The notes: a model not told the origin generated them from the letters alone. DNA of 64,000 nucleotides from Adineta vaga (GCA_021613535.1 CP075495.1:8308001-8372000), one strand, 5' to 3'; numbered from the stretch's first letter, positions 12,029 through 26,311 are shown. Translations and numbers: made by a program.

Positions 12029-13320
12029 TCATTTAGATATTTGTTTCTTTATTCGAATTTTATTCTTTAATTTCCTTTCTTTCTGTTCAACTTCTTTTAT
12101 ATTTGATTTGGGAGAAACATTACCAGACGATATTGTACCCGTAGTTCCATTTAACATGTCAAATAGTCGTTCAAGATTTTCATTTCGATGAAAATTTTTT
12201 GGTTTGATAATCTGTAAAAAATAATCATATATCAGTTGTAATCTATATTCTAAATCTTTACTTTCGACATAAATAATGATTGTGTTTTTATTTGTATAAT
12301 AGATTTATAGAGATCATCCCAATTTTGATTTTGTAACATATCTTCCAAATATTTTATATTTTCAATTGCATGTAATCGTTCGTTGTATTCGTTTAATAAG
12401 CTATTCATTTCTGATAAATATCGATTTCGATTAGATATTAATTCTAAGACGTTTTTATACGATTTTTCTAGAGAATCGCTAAAAAGATGATCGTCGAATT
12501 CAGTTTTTTATTAAAAAAAAAACAAATAAGCGAACCGTTTGACATGAATTTGTTTTAATTTAGTGACATATTCAACTGCTGATCTGTTGAATAGAGTCAC
12601 TGATTGATTATCAATATAACCTTGCATGATAATCGGTTGTTGATGATTATTTTCTAATTGAGATGAAGATATAGGCGAAGATTCGGTATGATATACGACA
12701 TCAGTCGGTGCATTATTGTTGTAACTCAATGATGAGATAATATTCGATTTGTTCAATGGAAGACATGTTTGTTGACAATGTCGGCAAGATCTAGTTAAAT
12801 ATTGTTCAAGACGTTGAATACGATCAAGTAAATTGTTGTATATACAAGGATTAACAAAGTGTGATGAATTTTCTATGTAAAAAGTAAAAATAGTGTAGAA
12901 ATAATATGATATATTGATCTTACTTGATGGTTGTATATGAAAATCATCCATAGTTGTGGATGATACTTGAGAGAAACAGTCATCATCATCATCATCATCA
13001 TTTTGGACATTTGATTCTCCTTGATGATATGAAGATCTTGTCGATGTATCTCAATCAATCGAGAAAACGAAACTACCTATCTGATTTTTTGATGTTGATT
13101 GCACATCAAGTTCTTTATTAGTATGTTGTGCTTTGATTGAATCAATGGCAATGAAAGTTTGTCGTAAATGTTCATTGGAATTCTGTCGACGTAAATTTTC
13201 AAGAAAAGATAAAATATCTCGTTGCTTTTGATGATTTTTATTCAATATGAAATCAAGATGTGAAATTTGATTTCGTAAAGTTTGTATTGAATCCGATCTT
13301 ATCGTATGATAGGAAGACAT
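12029..13320 (-). CDS. Multi-exon coiled-coil protein of unknown function
   Basis: ORFs 13051-13320 and 12511-12951 plus further exons at ~12480-12262 and ~12212-12029 are linked by short GT-AG introns; no family recognised; exon limits approximate. Confidence 0.55.
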
Positions 13321-13474
13321 TGGTAAATTGTATCAATTTAGAATTTCAACATGATCAATAGTTTGATTAAACATCTATGTTTGATCGCGTCAATTCATAT
13401 GTAGTGATACATAAAATGATAGCGCTAAAAATTGAACAAAAAAATCGTTTTATTGAAGAAATGTCTAGTTTAAG

Positions 13475-13864
13475 TTATCGAATACAGAAAAAATGTGGTG
13501 GATATTTTAATTCAACTTGTCGATGAGGACGTGCACATAAACGTAATAATGGTTGCTTAGGATAGTTTTGTTGTGGAGTAAAAATTGGCATATGAATAGC
13601 TAATTGTTGTAATGTCTTTTTTGTATGAGTTGTATGCAGAATAGCTAATTGGTCACATGTTTCAGCACGTTGTTGATCTTCTGTATCATCATAAATAAAG
13701 TCTGATTGTTTACAGAATGCTGGTGGTTGAAGAATAGGTAGAACTGTTGGAGCAATTCGAGGACGTTGTCGTGTAGGAAAACGAGCAACTGTACGATGTA
13801 ATGATACTGGTGGATGAAAATGAAGCACTGGAGTTGCTCGATGTACAGTACCAGTAAAAGGCAT
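13475..13864 (-). CDS. Small Pro/His/Arg-rich hypothetical protein
   Basis: Single ORF from ATG 13864 (MPFTGTVHRATP...) with coding-like composition; AATAAA just downstream (~13450). Confidence 0.55.
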   Translation of the reverse strand: MPFTGTVHRATPVLHFHPPVSLHRTVARFPTRQRPRIAPTVLPILQPPAFCKQSDFIYDDTEDQQRAETCDQLAILHTTHTKKTLQQLAIHMPIFTPQQNYPKQPLLRLCARPHRQVELKYPPHFFCIR

Positions 13865-16800
13865 CTTTTTTTTATTCAAATGAAGTGATTGTAGGCAGAC
13901 AGCTAGTGTTATATAGTAGTATTTACCTTGCTTCGTCTCTATACGGTAGTTATACCGTCATCGTTTTGCCTGTAGAAAGAAAAGATTGACAAGTTCAAAG
14001 GACATCATGCGTGACAATGTCATCAGAATGTTACATACCAAGAAGAAAAAAGTCCAATGACATACATTAACACATAATTATCCTAAAATAGATTAGTAAA
14101 AACTACAATACGAAAATGAAACTTGTCAATCAATTACGAATAATTTTTCTTTCGAGCAAAGAAATTTTTTTCATAAATCTTATTACAAAATCAATGAAAA
14201 AAATGACTAACAAAGATTATTCAACGAAGCGTAAAAGTTTAATTAGTAAAAATTCTAATAGATAGATTTGAGAATCATTTTCCTTTGTATTTCTTCTTGT
14301 AATAAAAGAACATTCTTTCGCGTTGATTAAATAAATCAAATCAACCTTGATAGGTAGTGAAATCAATAAATCCGAGATATTTTTTTTCTTGCATATATGA
14401 TATTATGCCTAAATTACCATCATCGTATATTTCGTTCTTTTCCTTGATCGCAAGTGATTAAAGAAGAAGGAGAAAAAGAATCTAACAAAGTCTCGAAGAT
14501 ATTTACTTATGATTAATACATAAAGGGTGTTGAAGAAAAAGATGAACACGAACACGTACATGAACAGATAACAATAATGATTGAATTGATATTACGACAT
14601 CAGAATAGAGAGAAAGAAAAAAACGTTCGTTACTTTAGAAAATTAAATAACAATAAAAGAATAAATACCATTGAAAGTTTGTTTATCTTACGCAACTTAC
14701 TATTTAATCATCGTTGACATTATTCTAACTGTTCAAATCAATGAAAAATGTCTAATTAAAAACGAAATAAAAGAATTCACTCAATAATTAATATACAATT
14801 GGACATGAATGAAAAAAAAAGCCTGGAACATATTTTCATCTATAGAAATGCTGATAAATCAAGAGCTCTTGTAATTTGAGTATGTTTGCTCGACTGAAAA
14901 ACTTTAGCTTTTATTTCAATACGTGTACATATATATATATATATGTATACGCATTCTATGAAATATGTACGTTCGTCATCGACAATATTTATATGAAACA
15001 GGTAGATGATTTATTCCAAGTGAATTATCGTTTTTTGGCACAAATTGAAATTCATTTTGTTAATAATGATATCGATGAGTTTCATATTGTGTCGAAATCG
15101 ATAAATTTAAAACGGATTTTACACATTTCTTTTTCACTCTCACTTATGAATTATCATTGAATATAGATGTTGATTGTTCGATTCAGTGTAAGAAATCATA
15201 CAAATGTATGAATTGATGAGAAAGTCACGTTCATTCGATTTCAGTTTTACAAATAGATGAAGAATAGCATTTTATTTCTCTTACGAAATTAATTTCGTTC
15301 AACTATCACATATTGATCTATATTCTTAGACATTTTTCTAACAGATGAGTACATATCTCAAGACGTATATGTCAAAAGGTAGTAGACCATTTTGTTTAAC
15401 CAGATTAGCCATTGTCCAAGTATTATACTCGTATAACAAATATAGAAGCTTACATGTCTCTTACGAAAAAAAAAGAAAGAATGAATTTGACTTTAAAGTA
15501 GAGATATAGTATAGATACATATTTCGAGTGGACTATTGAGCTCAGCTGAGCTGCTTACATTTCTCTATTGTTACATGTGTAAAAAATTTGATCTTGTACA
15601 AATATCGTCGTTCAATCAATATAGAATATCTCTAGTTGCGTCAGCTTAAGAACCCTACGATTCAATTATTGAGAATATACAATACAATCGTATAAAAATA
15701 ACAAGATGATAATAACGATTATGTAGATTGAGACAACGAGAAAGGCATTTAAGAAGAAAACGAAGAGATCTGTATTGAACAATAGGAGAGGAGGTAAAGG
15801 GATAAAGTGTACCATAGTCAGGATTTAACCAAAATGAATTAATAGATAGAAGAAGAGAGAAAAAAAGCGAGACAATATATTACAATTTATTCTCAATTGA
15901 TCATTTAAACAACGAAACATAGTTTGGATATAAAGAAAAAAAAAGTATTTTCAAACAAGTTGAAATCGAATATCGATTCGAAGAAAACGAAACAAATTTT
16001 TATTTGTCGTTTCTTGTTTATGTGTTTTCTATTTGAAAAACAATGATTACAATGTATTATCAACTGTATCTTTTTACAAGTAAGTGTTTATTATTGTTGT
16101 AGTGTTCATTCTTATTTTAAATATCATCTGGTGACATTGACACGTTTTTTACATGAAGATATATTTGAAAAATGTCATTGAAATATCGATCCGTATTCAA
16201 ACTATGATGGATCATGATCATTCTCTATCGCTCTTATTAGTAAATGACCTCGAATGAAAAATTTGACCTTCTGATACTTTCTTTAATTAATCATAATCTT
16301 CTCGATGTTCTTTTTTTTTCGACTATCGAAAATTGAATGAGTAATGAGAGATGATGTGCATGTACATATGTATGTGTTAACAAGGTCATCTATCTCAAGT
16401 ACATATTTTCTAAAAGTAATTCTTTTTATATATTTGACTACGGATTTTCGTCTTTAGTTTCTTGTTAATTAATCGAATAAATACAAAGTCTTGTCAACCT
16501 GTATACGGATGAGATAGAACGAAAAACAACTCAGACAGTGAAATGATTGATATATATATGTATACGAAGAGTCTCTCAGCTAGTGGACGTGTATGTCGAA
16601 GAACTACTAAGATTGAGCTCGTCAATATTGACATCATAGACTATAGATAAAAATGTGACTACTAGTTCATGATGTTAGTAATGACGACAATCGAAAGATA
16701 AAGAAGACTAGAGAAACAGATCGATCTAGTTAATATATTTTACATGTTATATGAGTGATCGAGCAGAAATGACGAAGATGCAGAAATAACGGACATCACA

Positions 16801-17444
16801 TGTCGGCTTACGGCGGTGACGCCGTGCTGCTGAGAAAAATATGATGCAATTGGAGATCATCGGGAACATGAAAACGCACAAAAAATAACGAGAGAAAGAG
16901 CGAACGAAATCTAGCTATTCGTGTGTAATTGTTCGATGACGCGTCACGTACGCAATGTATGTAATGTCGCATGCCTAGGAATGGTACGGAAGGTCAGTAA
17001 TTGAAAGACTTAAGCAACAACGAAATAAATAAATAGAAAAGAGCCATAGCAAAGATGAAATTCTTCTTCGTATGTCTCTCCAATTAATTTCACTGTATTC
17101 GCTTTAATCCTTCTTCTCTCATCGTGTTAAGAAGAGGAGAGTGAGAGAGACGGTAAGCTAACTGGTTGGTGATGGTATTTGATAGTGAATTAGAAGAAGT
17201 GACTTTACCAATGGAATTCGGTCGCGTAAAGAAGTAGGCGGTAGAGATAAAGATTGAAAGAGAAAGAGAGAGAGAGGGGAAGAGAGAGAATGAAAGCGAG
17301 CGACAGAGAAAAAAGAGATAGAGAAGAAACATAAAGTTGTGTGACAGTCAACAATTTGTCAACTTCCGAAGTGAGCGACAGCTGAGTTCACTATCACTCA
17401 CTTTACCTAGTCTCTTCAGACCATAGATACATTTTACGTATATA

Positions 17445-20400
17445 ATGATGAGACGAAACTTTATTATTGGTAAGTAAATGAACAAGAAAAAGAATATTTG
17501 ATTGAATAAACATTGAAGAGTATAACTATTTATTTATTTATTAAAAACAGGTTTAATAAGTGTCTTATCAGCAATAACAATTTATTTACCTGATGGAGTT
17601 TCATCATTTGCACATTGTCCTGAACGTGGTACGACGAATGTTCCAACAATTATCTACCATCCAGATGAAAAATTTTGCAATGTTTATCATCAATGTAATT
17701 GTACATTAACACAATGTCAGGTTGTTGAATCACATGTTTGTCCAATTGCAAAAGTTTATTCGAAAACTAGAAGCACTTGTTTAGGTATATTGATAAAGAA
17801 ATATAACTTTCTCATATCATTGCAATATTCTAGACATTGAAGAAGAAGGTTGTGAATCAACGTATGTACAATGGGTTCAAACACATAGTAGCAATACTGA
17901 CAATGATATTAATCAAGTTGCTATTATGGTTTCTGATTCTCTTCTTCCATCGACATCCAGTAAAGATTTCGAATGTGAACAAGGTCAACCAGGCAAATTT
18001 AGGTAAAAGAATTATATTTAATTATAAGATTAATACATTCATTATCTTCTTCTTCTTTTTAGTGATCCAAATATTTGTAATATATTTCATGTGTGTATCA
18101 CTCGAAATGAAAAAACAGTTGATCAACCATTTATGTGTCCATATCCAACGGTATTCAAAAGTGGACCATCAGGCAAAATGTTCTGTGCTCGACCAGAACC
18201 GAATGATTGTCGTGGTAAAGCTTTCTATCGTACAACAGAAGATTCATCCAATTTAGCTAAAAATATCAATACAAATACTGATGATATAACAAGTTATCAT
18301 CTTCCAGAAAACACTCTTATGATTGAAAGATGTACCGAACCAGGTCTCTATCCTGATAGTCTCTATTGTAATGCCTATCATAAATGCACAAATAATGGTG
18401 AAGATCAACAATATTTATGTGAAAATCAATTACTTTTTAATCCTGAATCGAATATTTGTGATTATCCAATAAATGTTGTTTGCGGAGGTAAGATAGAAAA
18501 ACAAATGATTTATGACATAATCGATGATATTCTTATATGTCATGTTTAGGTAAAGGTTTACTTCGTCGTCCATCAGGTTTTTCAAATGGTACTCTGGTTA
18601 ATTCTTCATACATTATGGTTTATGGTAGTGAATTACGTCCTGATTGTCCATCAGATGTTTCAAATGTTCTTGTTGCTGATATGAATTATTGTAATGTTTT
18701 TTATCATTGTCAATCAGGTCGTGGATCAGTTTATATGTGTCGTGAAGGAACAGTATTTGATTCAACAAATCAAGAAGGTGTTAGTTCATGTCGTTTGGAG
18801 GAATTAATCGATTGTGGTAATCGATTAATTTTAACTTCGCAAGGTAAACGTCCATCAACATATATTAAAAAAGAGAAAACATTTACAAATTTAAATTTAT
18901 TTGGTTTTGAAAATAATCAACCACGAGAACAAAATATGTTTTTAAATAAGAATATTCATCCAAAATATTCAAATTTTATTTTATTACCACCACCAATGCA
19001 AAATCAAAAGGTTGTTGTTAATGTTCCATTCGATTGTAAAGGACGTATTGATGGTCATTGGCGTGATACACGTTATTGTGATGTATTTCATGCTTGCATT
19101 GCTGGAGAACAAAAACGTTCCTATGGTTGTAATCAAATAGGTGAACGATTTTATTTTGATGATGCATCGCAAAAGTAAAAGAAATTAGGGAATTTGACGA
19201 TGATTTTTTGTACATGTTGTTGTTGTTGTTTTTATTTAGATGTGAGTTTGCTAGTAGAAATCAAAACGGTTGTCAATCAAATCAATATTATACAGCAATT
19301 GAACCAGTTCCATCTGTACCCGGAGCACAATATGTTACAGGTAAGATAAGTGTTTATATTGTTGAAGGAAAGGAAAAATAAAAGGAAATGTTCGTATTTT
19401 AGAAGCACCAACAGAACCATGGAAGATATTTATACAATCTCGTGAACAATTTAGTTGTTCAGGTAAAAAAGAAGAGTACATCCGTTGTGTTGGATAAATA
19501 TGAATTTTTTGTTTTGTATAAATAGGAAAACAAGATGGCTTTTATGCTAGTCGTTGGTGTAATGTCTTCTATCGATGTTATACTGGTATTGCTAGTGCTT
19601 TTCTTTGTCCAAAAATGCCAAGTGGCGCTCGATTATGGTGGGTACAACATGGTTCACCACAAGGTGTTGCACAAGAAACAGCACAATGTACATGGCCATG
19701 CGAAACCGGTCGACGATGTGCAAGTTCAGGTGGAATTATTGTTGATTCTGGTTCAACAGTTAGTGAGAGTCAACAAGAAGCAGAAACAGTTTTCTCGCAA
19801 TCACTTTGTACAACTTCGTCATCATCAGGTGGTTCCAATCCAGGAGCGGGTGCAAGCGGAAGCTCTGGACAACAACCAATTTCATCGGGTGGATCTGGAA
19901 ATCCAGGTACTGGAACTGCAGGTGGACCTTCAGGAAATGTCGATGGTAAGTTTATAGTAATGAAGAAAATAAATTTTCATTTTTGTTTTCTAGGATCATT
20001 CTATGTTGATTCTGATGTCAGTTGTATCAGTCAAGCTGATGGTGTTTTTGTTGGAAGTCGTTATTGTAATGTATTTCATCGTTGTGTTAGTGGTACACGG
20101 CGAGATTTTCGTTGTCCTCGTGCTACCAATACACCATATGATCTTTGGTGGAATCAACAAACTCAACAGTGCGATTGGCCATGTAAGCTAAACATTTTTT
20201 TCTCGAAAATTATTATTCGATGCAATTCATTTTAATTCTTTGTTTAGGTCGAATTCAATGTTCAGGTTCTGTTTTCGGTACCACAACAACATCTCAACAA
20301 GTTCGCACAGAAAATGCTTTATTATTTAGTAATGAATGTGCTGGTTATCAACTTAATATAAATTCAAACATTAATACTGCAATTCTTAATAGTCAAGCCA

Positions 20401-23400
20401 TGGTTTATTCATCTCTACCACACGAACCAGAACCAACACGTAGTGCAATGTCAAAATTAATTGAAAATCCTGATCCAAATTTCATTTGTACACAGTCAGG
20501 TAAATTTCCAACTCGACGTTATTGTAATGTTTATTATGAATGTTCTGATGCCGGTTTACCACCAACACAAACATTTGAATGTGTCGATAGTTTCTTTGAT
20601 CGAAGTCAAGGTTTATGTATGCCTAAAGATCAAGTACCATGTTTAGGTGGTATTTATCCTTATGATTCAGTTCCTATTGATCGTAATCCAGATTCATTAC
20701 AATGTTCAACAAATTCTGGTTTTCAATTACATACATCTAGACAATTCTGTAATATTTATTATCTTTGTGATGGTACACAAAGTACACCGACCACATTCCG
20801 TTGTTTTGATCGTCAAACTCAACAAGAAGGTATTTATGATCCATTTGCTGAACGTTGTGATTCACGACGCAATTCCAATTGTCAAAATGGCATCTTAAAC
20901 TTAAGTCAAACACAACTATATCGTTCAATATCTATTGATCATACACGTTTACCTGATTTATCAATATTACCATGTAAATACGATCAACAATATGTTATTG
21001 AACATGAACAATACTGTAATTTATATCATGTTTGTAAACAAGGTGATTATCATTTATATGCTTGCATATCTAATGGAGAAGATAATCAACCAACATCATA
21101 TTTCTATCAACCAAATGGTCAATGTGCTGCACCATTATCAACATTATGTCCAAAAACGAAAAGTGTTTTTAGTTATGGACGTTTATTAGCTACTGCTAAT
21201 AGTGAAATTTTTCAACCATTCATCATGCCAGAACAGCAACAGCAGACACAACAACATAATTATGGTTCCATACCAATTCAAGAACGTGTAGAACCAATTC
21301 CGAAATGTCGTTCAACAGATAATTATATTATTTCACATGAACGTTATTGTAATTTATTTTATGGTTGTAAAGAAGGTGAACTTATACTGTATGCATGTGT
21401 TGATCGCTTGACTAATGCTTATGGTGGAATTTTTCAATCATCAACTGGTAATTGTATAGCACCGGAAGGTAATGCTAAAGAATGTCCACGAAATGAATTC
21501 TATCGTCCAACAGTAATGGCAACAACACGAATGTATCCTAATGTATCATTTCGTTCTTATACAATGCTTGAAACATCCAATGAAACATTATTAAATCAAC
21601 ATGATAAAAAATTTAATGAAACAAACGAAATAAAATCATCCTTTTCTTGTCTAAATCGTATTGATGGTTATTATGAATCGGAATGGTGCAATATTTTCTA
21701 TCGTTGTGTAGCTGGAAAACGTATTAATGAACGTTGTCCATCAGCTGCTAGTCAACCATTACCAAATTATGATCTCTGGTGGAGACATCAGAATACTGTT
21801 TATAATGCTAGTAATCCACAATATTTTGGTGGTTTAGATTATTTAGTACGATGTGAATGGCCATGCAAAGTTGAATGTAAGAAACCAATTTGGATATCAT
21901 CAGATAAAACAAATGGTGCTGCTGAAAAAGTACTTAAACAAGATCAAGAACTTCGACCTGGTTGTGCATTAGTTGCTAATAGAAAAATTGAACAAACAGT
22001 TCCAACAACGCAGACAATGCTTATGTTTTCTGATATACCAAATCCAACAAATTTCACATGTCCATTGAATTTACAGGGTATAAAAATTCGTTTAGCTGAT
22101 CCAAAATATTGTAATGTTTTTCATGTATGTATTAATTCAAAATTAATTTCTTCATATCTTTGTATTGAATCACAATTTGATACAAAAGAAAAAGATTGTG
22201 TACCATTTACAACAACAAATACTTGTCCAGAAGATCGACGTTATTCATATTCACGTTCACGTTTTGCTGCACAAACAACACCATCCGCATATTTTGAAGC
22301 TGTGGAAGTTCGAAGTGTTAATCCAAGTGGCTATGAATGTATCACAGATGGTATTCATACGGATCCAATGTTTTGTAATATTTTTCATGCTTGTTCGGGT
22401 CGTACACGACGAACATTTCAATGTCGTCAAACAGGTACAGATGGTATCAATGATGGCGTATCAACATTTGATCTAAATACAAAAAGTTGTACAAAATTTT
22501 CATCCTATTCATGTCCAACATTACTCTATAACCAAGAATTCGTTATTTTACCTGTTATGTTCAAACCACCAACAGTATCACCATGTGGTAAAGAAGGTTT
22601 CTTTCCTGTATCTGATATAACTGCACAATATTGTAACATGTTTGCATGGTGTTCAAAAGGACATGGTGAAGCAAAAGTTTTTGAATGTGTTCCATCAGTT
22701 TCTGGTGCACATTCAGGTGCATTTGATATATCTCGACGATCATGTTCATCACGTACTACATGTCCACGTGCACGACATTCATCACCATATAATACAAGTC
22801 TACTTGCCATGACATTACGACCAAAAATAGTCAGTATTGGTAAACGAAAACAGTTTTCATTAACAAGTACAATGCTTGAAAATGGTTACATTGCATTGGG
22901 TGTTGATTTTCAAACATCATTTACATGTCCGTTAGGAACAGCAGGATTTCATGCTAATCCAAATTATTGTGATGTCTTTCATTATTGCTATGAAACAGGT
23001 GAATTAGCATCATTTGTTTGTGCATCAATGCCAAATCGTTATCAATTATGGTGGAGTCATCAAAATGAACCTGGTCGACCAGATGTAAGATCAATAATAG
23101 AAGTCTTTATAGACAACGAAATCTTTTTTCTTTGCTTTCTTTCTAGAATGTATTCTGTGATTGGCCATGTAATTTACAAGGTGTCTACGCTTGTCCAGCA
23201 CATAAATCAAATCTTATGCGTGATCGACAACCTGTGGGTAATGTTGCACAACAAGAAGTTATTGAAGCAACATGTTCATCAGCTCAAGTACCAACTGTTG
23301 CAGTTATTGTTAATGGTATAACACCAGATCCTGTGGGTGTTATGACACCAACATTTTATCCTGCACCATCGCCAGGTCTGAACAATATACCATTATCGCC

Positions 23401-24663
23401 TGGTATCAACAGTATTCCACCATCACCTCAACCATCAAGTAAAATAAAAAGAGAAAACAAATACTCTTTGAAAAAAACTGATTATTATGTATAAAATTTC
23501 TTGTTAGTTCCATCATCTGTTCTTGGTTATCAACCATGTACTTCATCAAATGAATGGTATGTGAGCTCACCAAATATTCGATGTAGTCCATCATTTGCTG
23601 CTACTGGTTTCGCACCTGATCCAAAAGATTGTTCAAAATATTATGCTTGCGATGCATATGTCGGTAATGATGGCATGTCATCAGGTGAGATTTGTAAAAA
23701 TAGAAGTAAAAGAAAATTGATTTTTGCTATTAATATCAATAGGTATTTTAATGCAATGTTTGGCTGGCTTATGGTGGGATCAACAAAGACGTACATGTGT
23801 ACTTCCATCAGAAGTAGCATGTAATCCATACAATATTATCAATTCACAAGGACAAGCTCCAATGATTGATAATAATCCAAATGGTAAGAATTTTTCTAAT
23901 GAGAAATATGAATTTGAATATGATGAGCTACTTTTTTCAGTTATTTATCAACCAATATCACCAGGAATTTCATTTCCATCAATGGATACCACACCTATTG
24001 TTTTCTATCCACAACAACAACCACAACCACAACCACAGCCACAGCCACAACCGCAGCCACAACCGCAGTCTCCTATTCAAGGTGTACCAGGTTCATATAT
24101 ATATAAATAATAATAACAAAAATAAAACAATTTTGTGTGTTTTTTGTTTTAGCTGGCTCGACTGGACCACCATGCCGCGGAGGCCCATTATGTATTGATG
24201 TTGGTCTAAATATTCTTCAACAAATGAAAGGCATTCCTGGTCGACCAGGCTGGTTGTATGTATCTTATTAAGTTCTTATTCTTTTCAGTTTCATTTTCAT
24301 GAATTTTTTCCCTATAGTTATAAATGTGACAGTCAATGTGCTCTCGAAATGCGTTGTCCACCAGGTTTAGTATTTGATGATGTATACCAACGTTGTGAAT
24401 GGCCTGGTGCTGGTTCTCAAATACCAAATCAACGTTTAGGTAGTTTAAGAGATAAAAAATCTGATGATACCAAAAATGCAACTAAAACTAAAGTTAAAAA
24501 ATTACGTGTCATGTCTGCAACATTATCAACACCAACAACAACAGTAGCAGCAAAACAAATGAATATAACAGCAACAACTTTATCATCGTCATCATCTTCA
24601 TCAACAACAACAACAACAACAGTATCATCAAAAAATCAAACAGCTAAGCTTGTTGAACCATAA
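17445..24663 (+). CDS. Giant secreted multi-domain chitin-binding protein (~18 peritrophin-A/CBM14-like modules, ~2,000 aa)
   Basis: Spliced signal peptide MMRRNFIIGLISVLSAITIYLPDGVSS; repeated C-x-G-x-(Y/F/W)CN(V/I)(F/Y)(H/Y)xC...C...F...C modules; canonical ends such as CENQLLFNPESNICDYP and CPPGLVFDDVYQRCEWP; Gly/Ser, PQ and S/T-rich linkers. The ORF-track pieces at 18091-24663 are exons of this one gene. Confidence 0.85.
24012..24068 (+). repeat. Coding (CARCCR)n hexamer repeat encoding a QQQ(PQ)n linker
   Basis: caacaacaaccacaaccacaaccacagccacagccacaaccgcagccacaaccgcag. Confidence 0.85.
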
Positions 24664-25161
24664 ATCAACAAGAAGTTTCTATGCATATATATGCTGTCAT
24701 ACAGTTCATGCATTCATTGAAGACATATTTAGATATATATTTAAATTCTTCTTCTTCTTCTTTATTTATTTGTAGAGAAAGAAAAAAGAAACACTTTCCT
24801 TCTTCTTCTTCTACTAATAGCCATTTTTCTGTTTGTTTGTTTCTCTTTTCTTTTCGACCTTTGTTTTTTCGTGTATATAAGTCTAGCTATGCTTTTCATG
24901 ACGAATTTAATTAATTTCAGTTGCAATTGTTGCAGAACCAAAAACTTCCTTTCATTTTATTGATAAAATTATTATTATTATTTATTATCCTTACAATTTT
25001 TCTTGAAGAAATAAAAGAATGACAGAAAGATACAATCTTCTTTAAAGATTAATCATATAACTATTGACTCAAAACATTCATCACAAATGTAAACTTTTCT
25101 TTTACATAATACACATTGATATTTACCAAAGAAGATAAACTAAATCAATTTGTTATTTTTA

Positions 25162-25545
25162 TCAACGTTTCAACTTAATCTTATGTTTAGTTTTGAAATT
25201 TATCTTTTTTGAACGATGACATAAACATTGAATAAATAAACTATCTTTGTTTGATGAATAAAATTGTTGACGATGGAAATATTTTAGAGAATGCCATGGA
25301 TATTGTGGATCGAATTCTAATGAATCAATATGTGTAAAAAGAACTTTACGATGTGTTATCGATTGAGTTAAACTAATTGAATTATTTTGATGGAATGAAG
25401 TGATCTTCTCAGATGCTTTTCGTAAAATAGATTTCAATGGTGTCTGATGATGTTTTGTAAGAATAACTAAATGATTTAATTCTATTGATAAATGTTTAAG
25501 AAAAAGAAATAGAAATCTAGCTAAGATTTCTTCTATTGTAATCAT
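25162..25545 (-). CDS. Small basic hypothetical protein with SILK and RVxF (PP1-docking) motifs; 5' end uncertain
   Basis: ORF contains PLKSILRK then HRKVLF. A possible acceptor near 25482 suggests an upstream exon that I could not resolve. Confidence 0.45.
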   Translation of the reverse strand: MITIEEILARFLFLFLKHLSIELNHLVILTKHHQTPLKSILRKASEKITSFHQNNSISLTQSITHRKVLFTHIDSLEFDPQYPWHSLKYFHRQQFYSSNKDSLFIQCLCHRSKKINFKTKHKIKLKR

Positions 25546-26311
25546 TCAAAAATTTAGAAAAAAACAAAAATGTAAAAATCATTTTGCGCTAACCTCTAAT
25601 GATGCACAAGTTTTAAACATATATTTCGACGAGATCTAATCTTCGTATTAATTCTATGTATAGAAAGCAAATTCTCCTTTCATAATCACCATTACTTCGA
25701 ACGAAGAAAGGCAATTAATCAAGACGCGCATATTGTAATACACATAGATAAATGACGACAATAGTTCTATAAACGTCGCAACTCAACATAGATTGTTGAA
25801 AAATTTTTAAACAAATGCTTTTCATACTTAACTCTGATTTTCTCACATAATATTACAATAATTAGTGATCGTTCACCCATGTTGATGGATGTGTAACTGA
25901 AGCAAGCAATTCAAAGACTTTTTCCAAAACTTTTCATTACTTAGTTGAATAAAGGATTAAAAAAAATTTTTATTCTTGTTATTAATGAGAATGTGAGTAA
26001 ATATGTCTTATCTCTGGCCGCACTCTCAATAATATTCTCGAAAAATACAAATGTTGAAATATTTCACTATATAAAAAGTTAAATTCATCTTCCGATTTTG
26101 ACACTATTGATTCAATCTGCAGAAATCACTGTGAACTTCACTCTTACCATCTTACACCTACACATAATCGATTCATCATACTCAGTTTTTCAAATATGCA
26201 CGGAAAATAACATATTCGATTAACCGAAAAGTACCATGTATCTATATTTCCATACAAAGTATTTTATTAACTCTAGTTACAAAATCAACAAAGATAAAAA
26301 TGATATATGTT

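Noticed and set aside
15539-15552. Perfect 14-bp palindrome AGCTCAGCTGAGCT
   Set aside because: Isolated and short; no associated repeat, target duplication or gene context.
20220-23321. 1033-aa ORF as a stand-alone gene
   Set aside because: Both ends read into introns (acceptor ~20248, donor ~23084); it is one large exon of the 17445-24663 gene.
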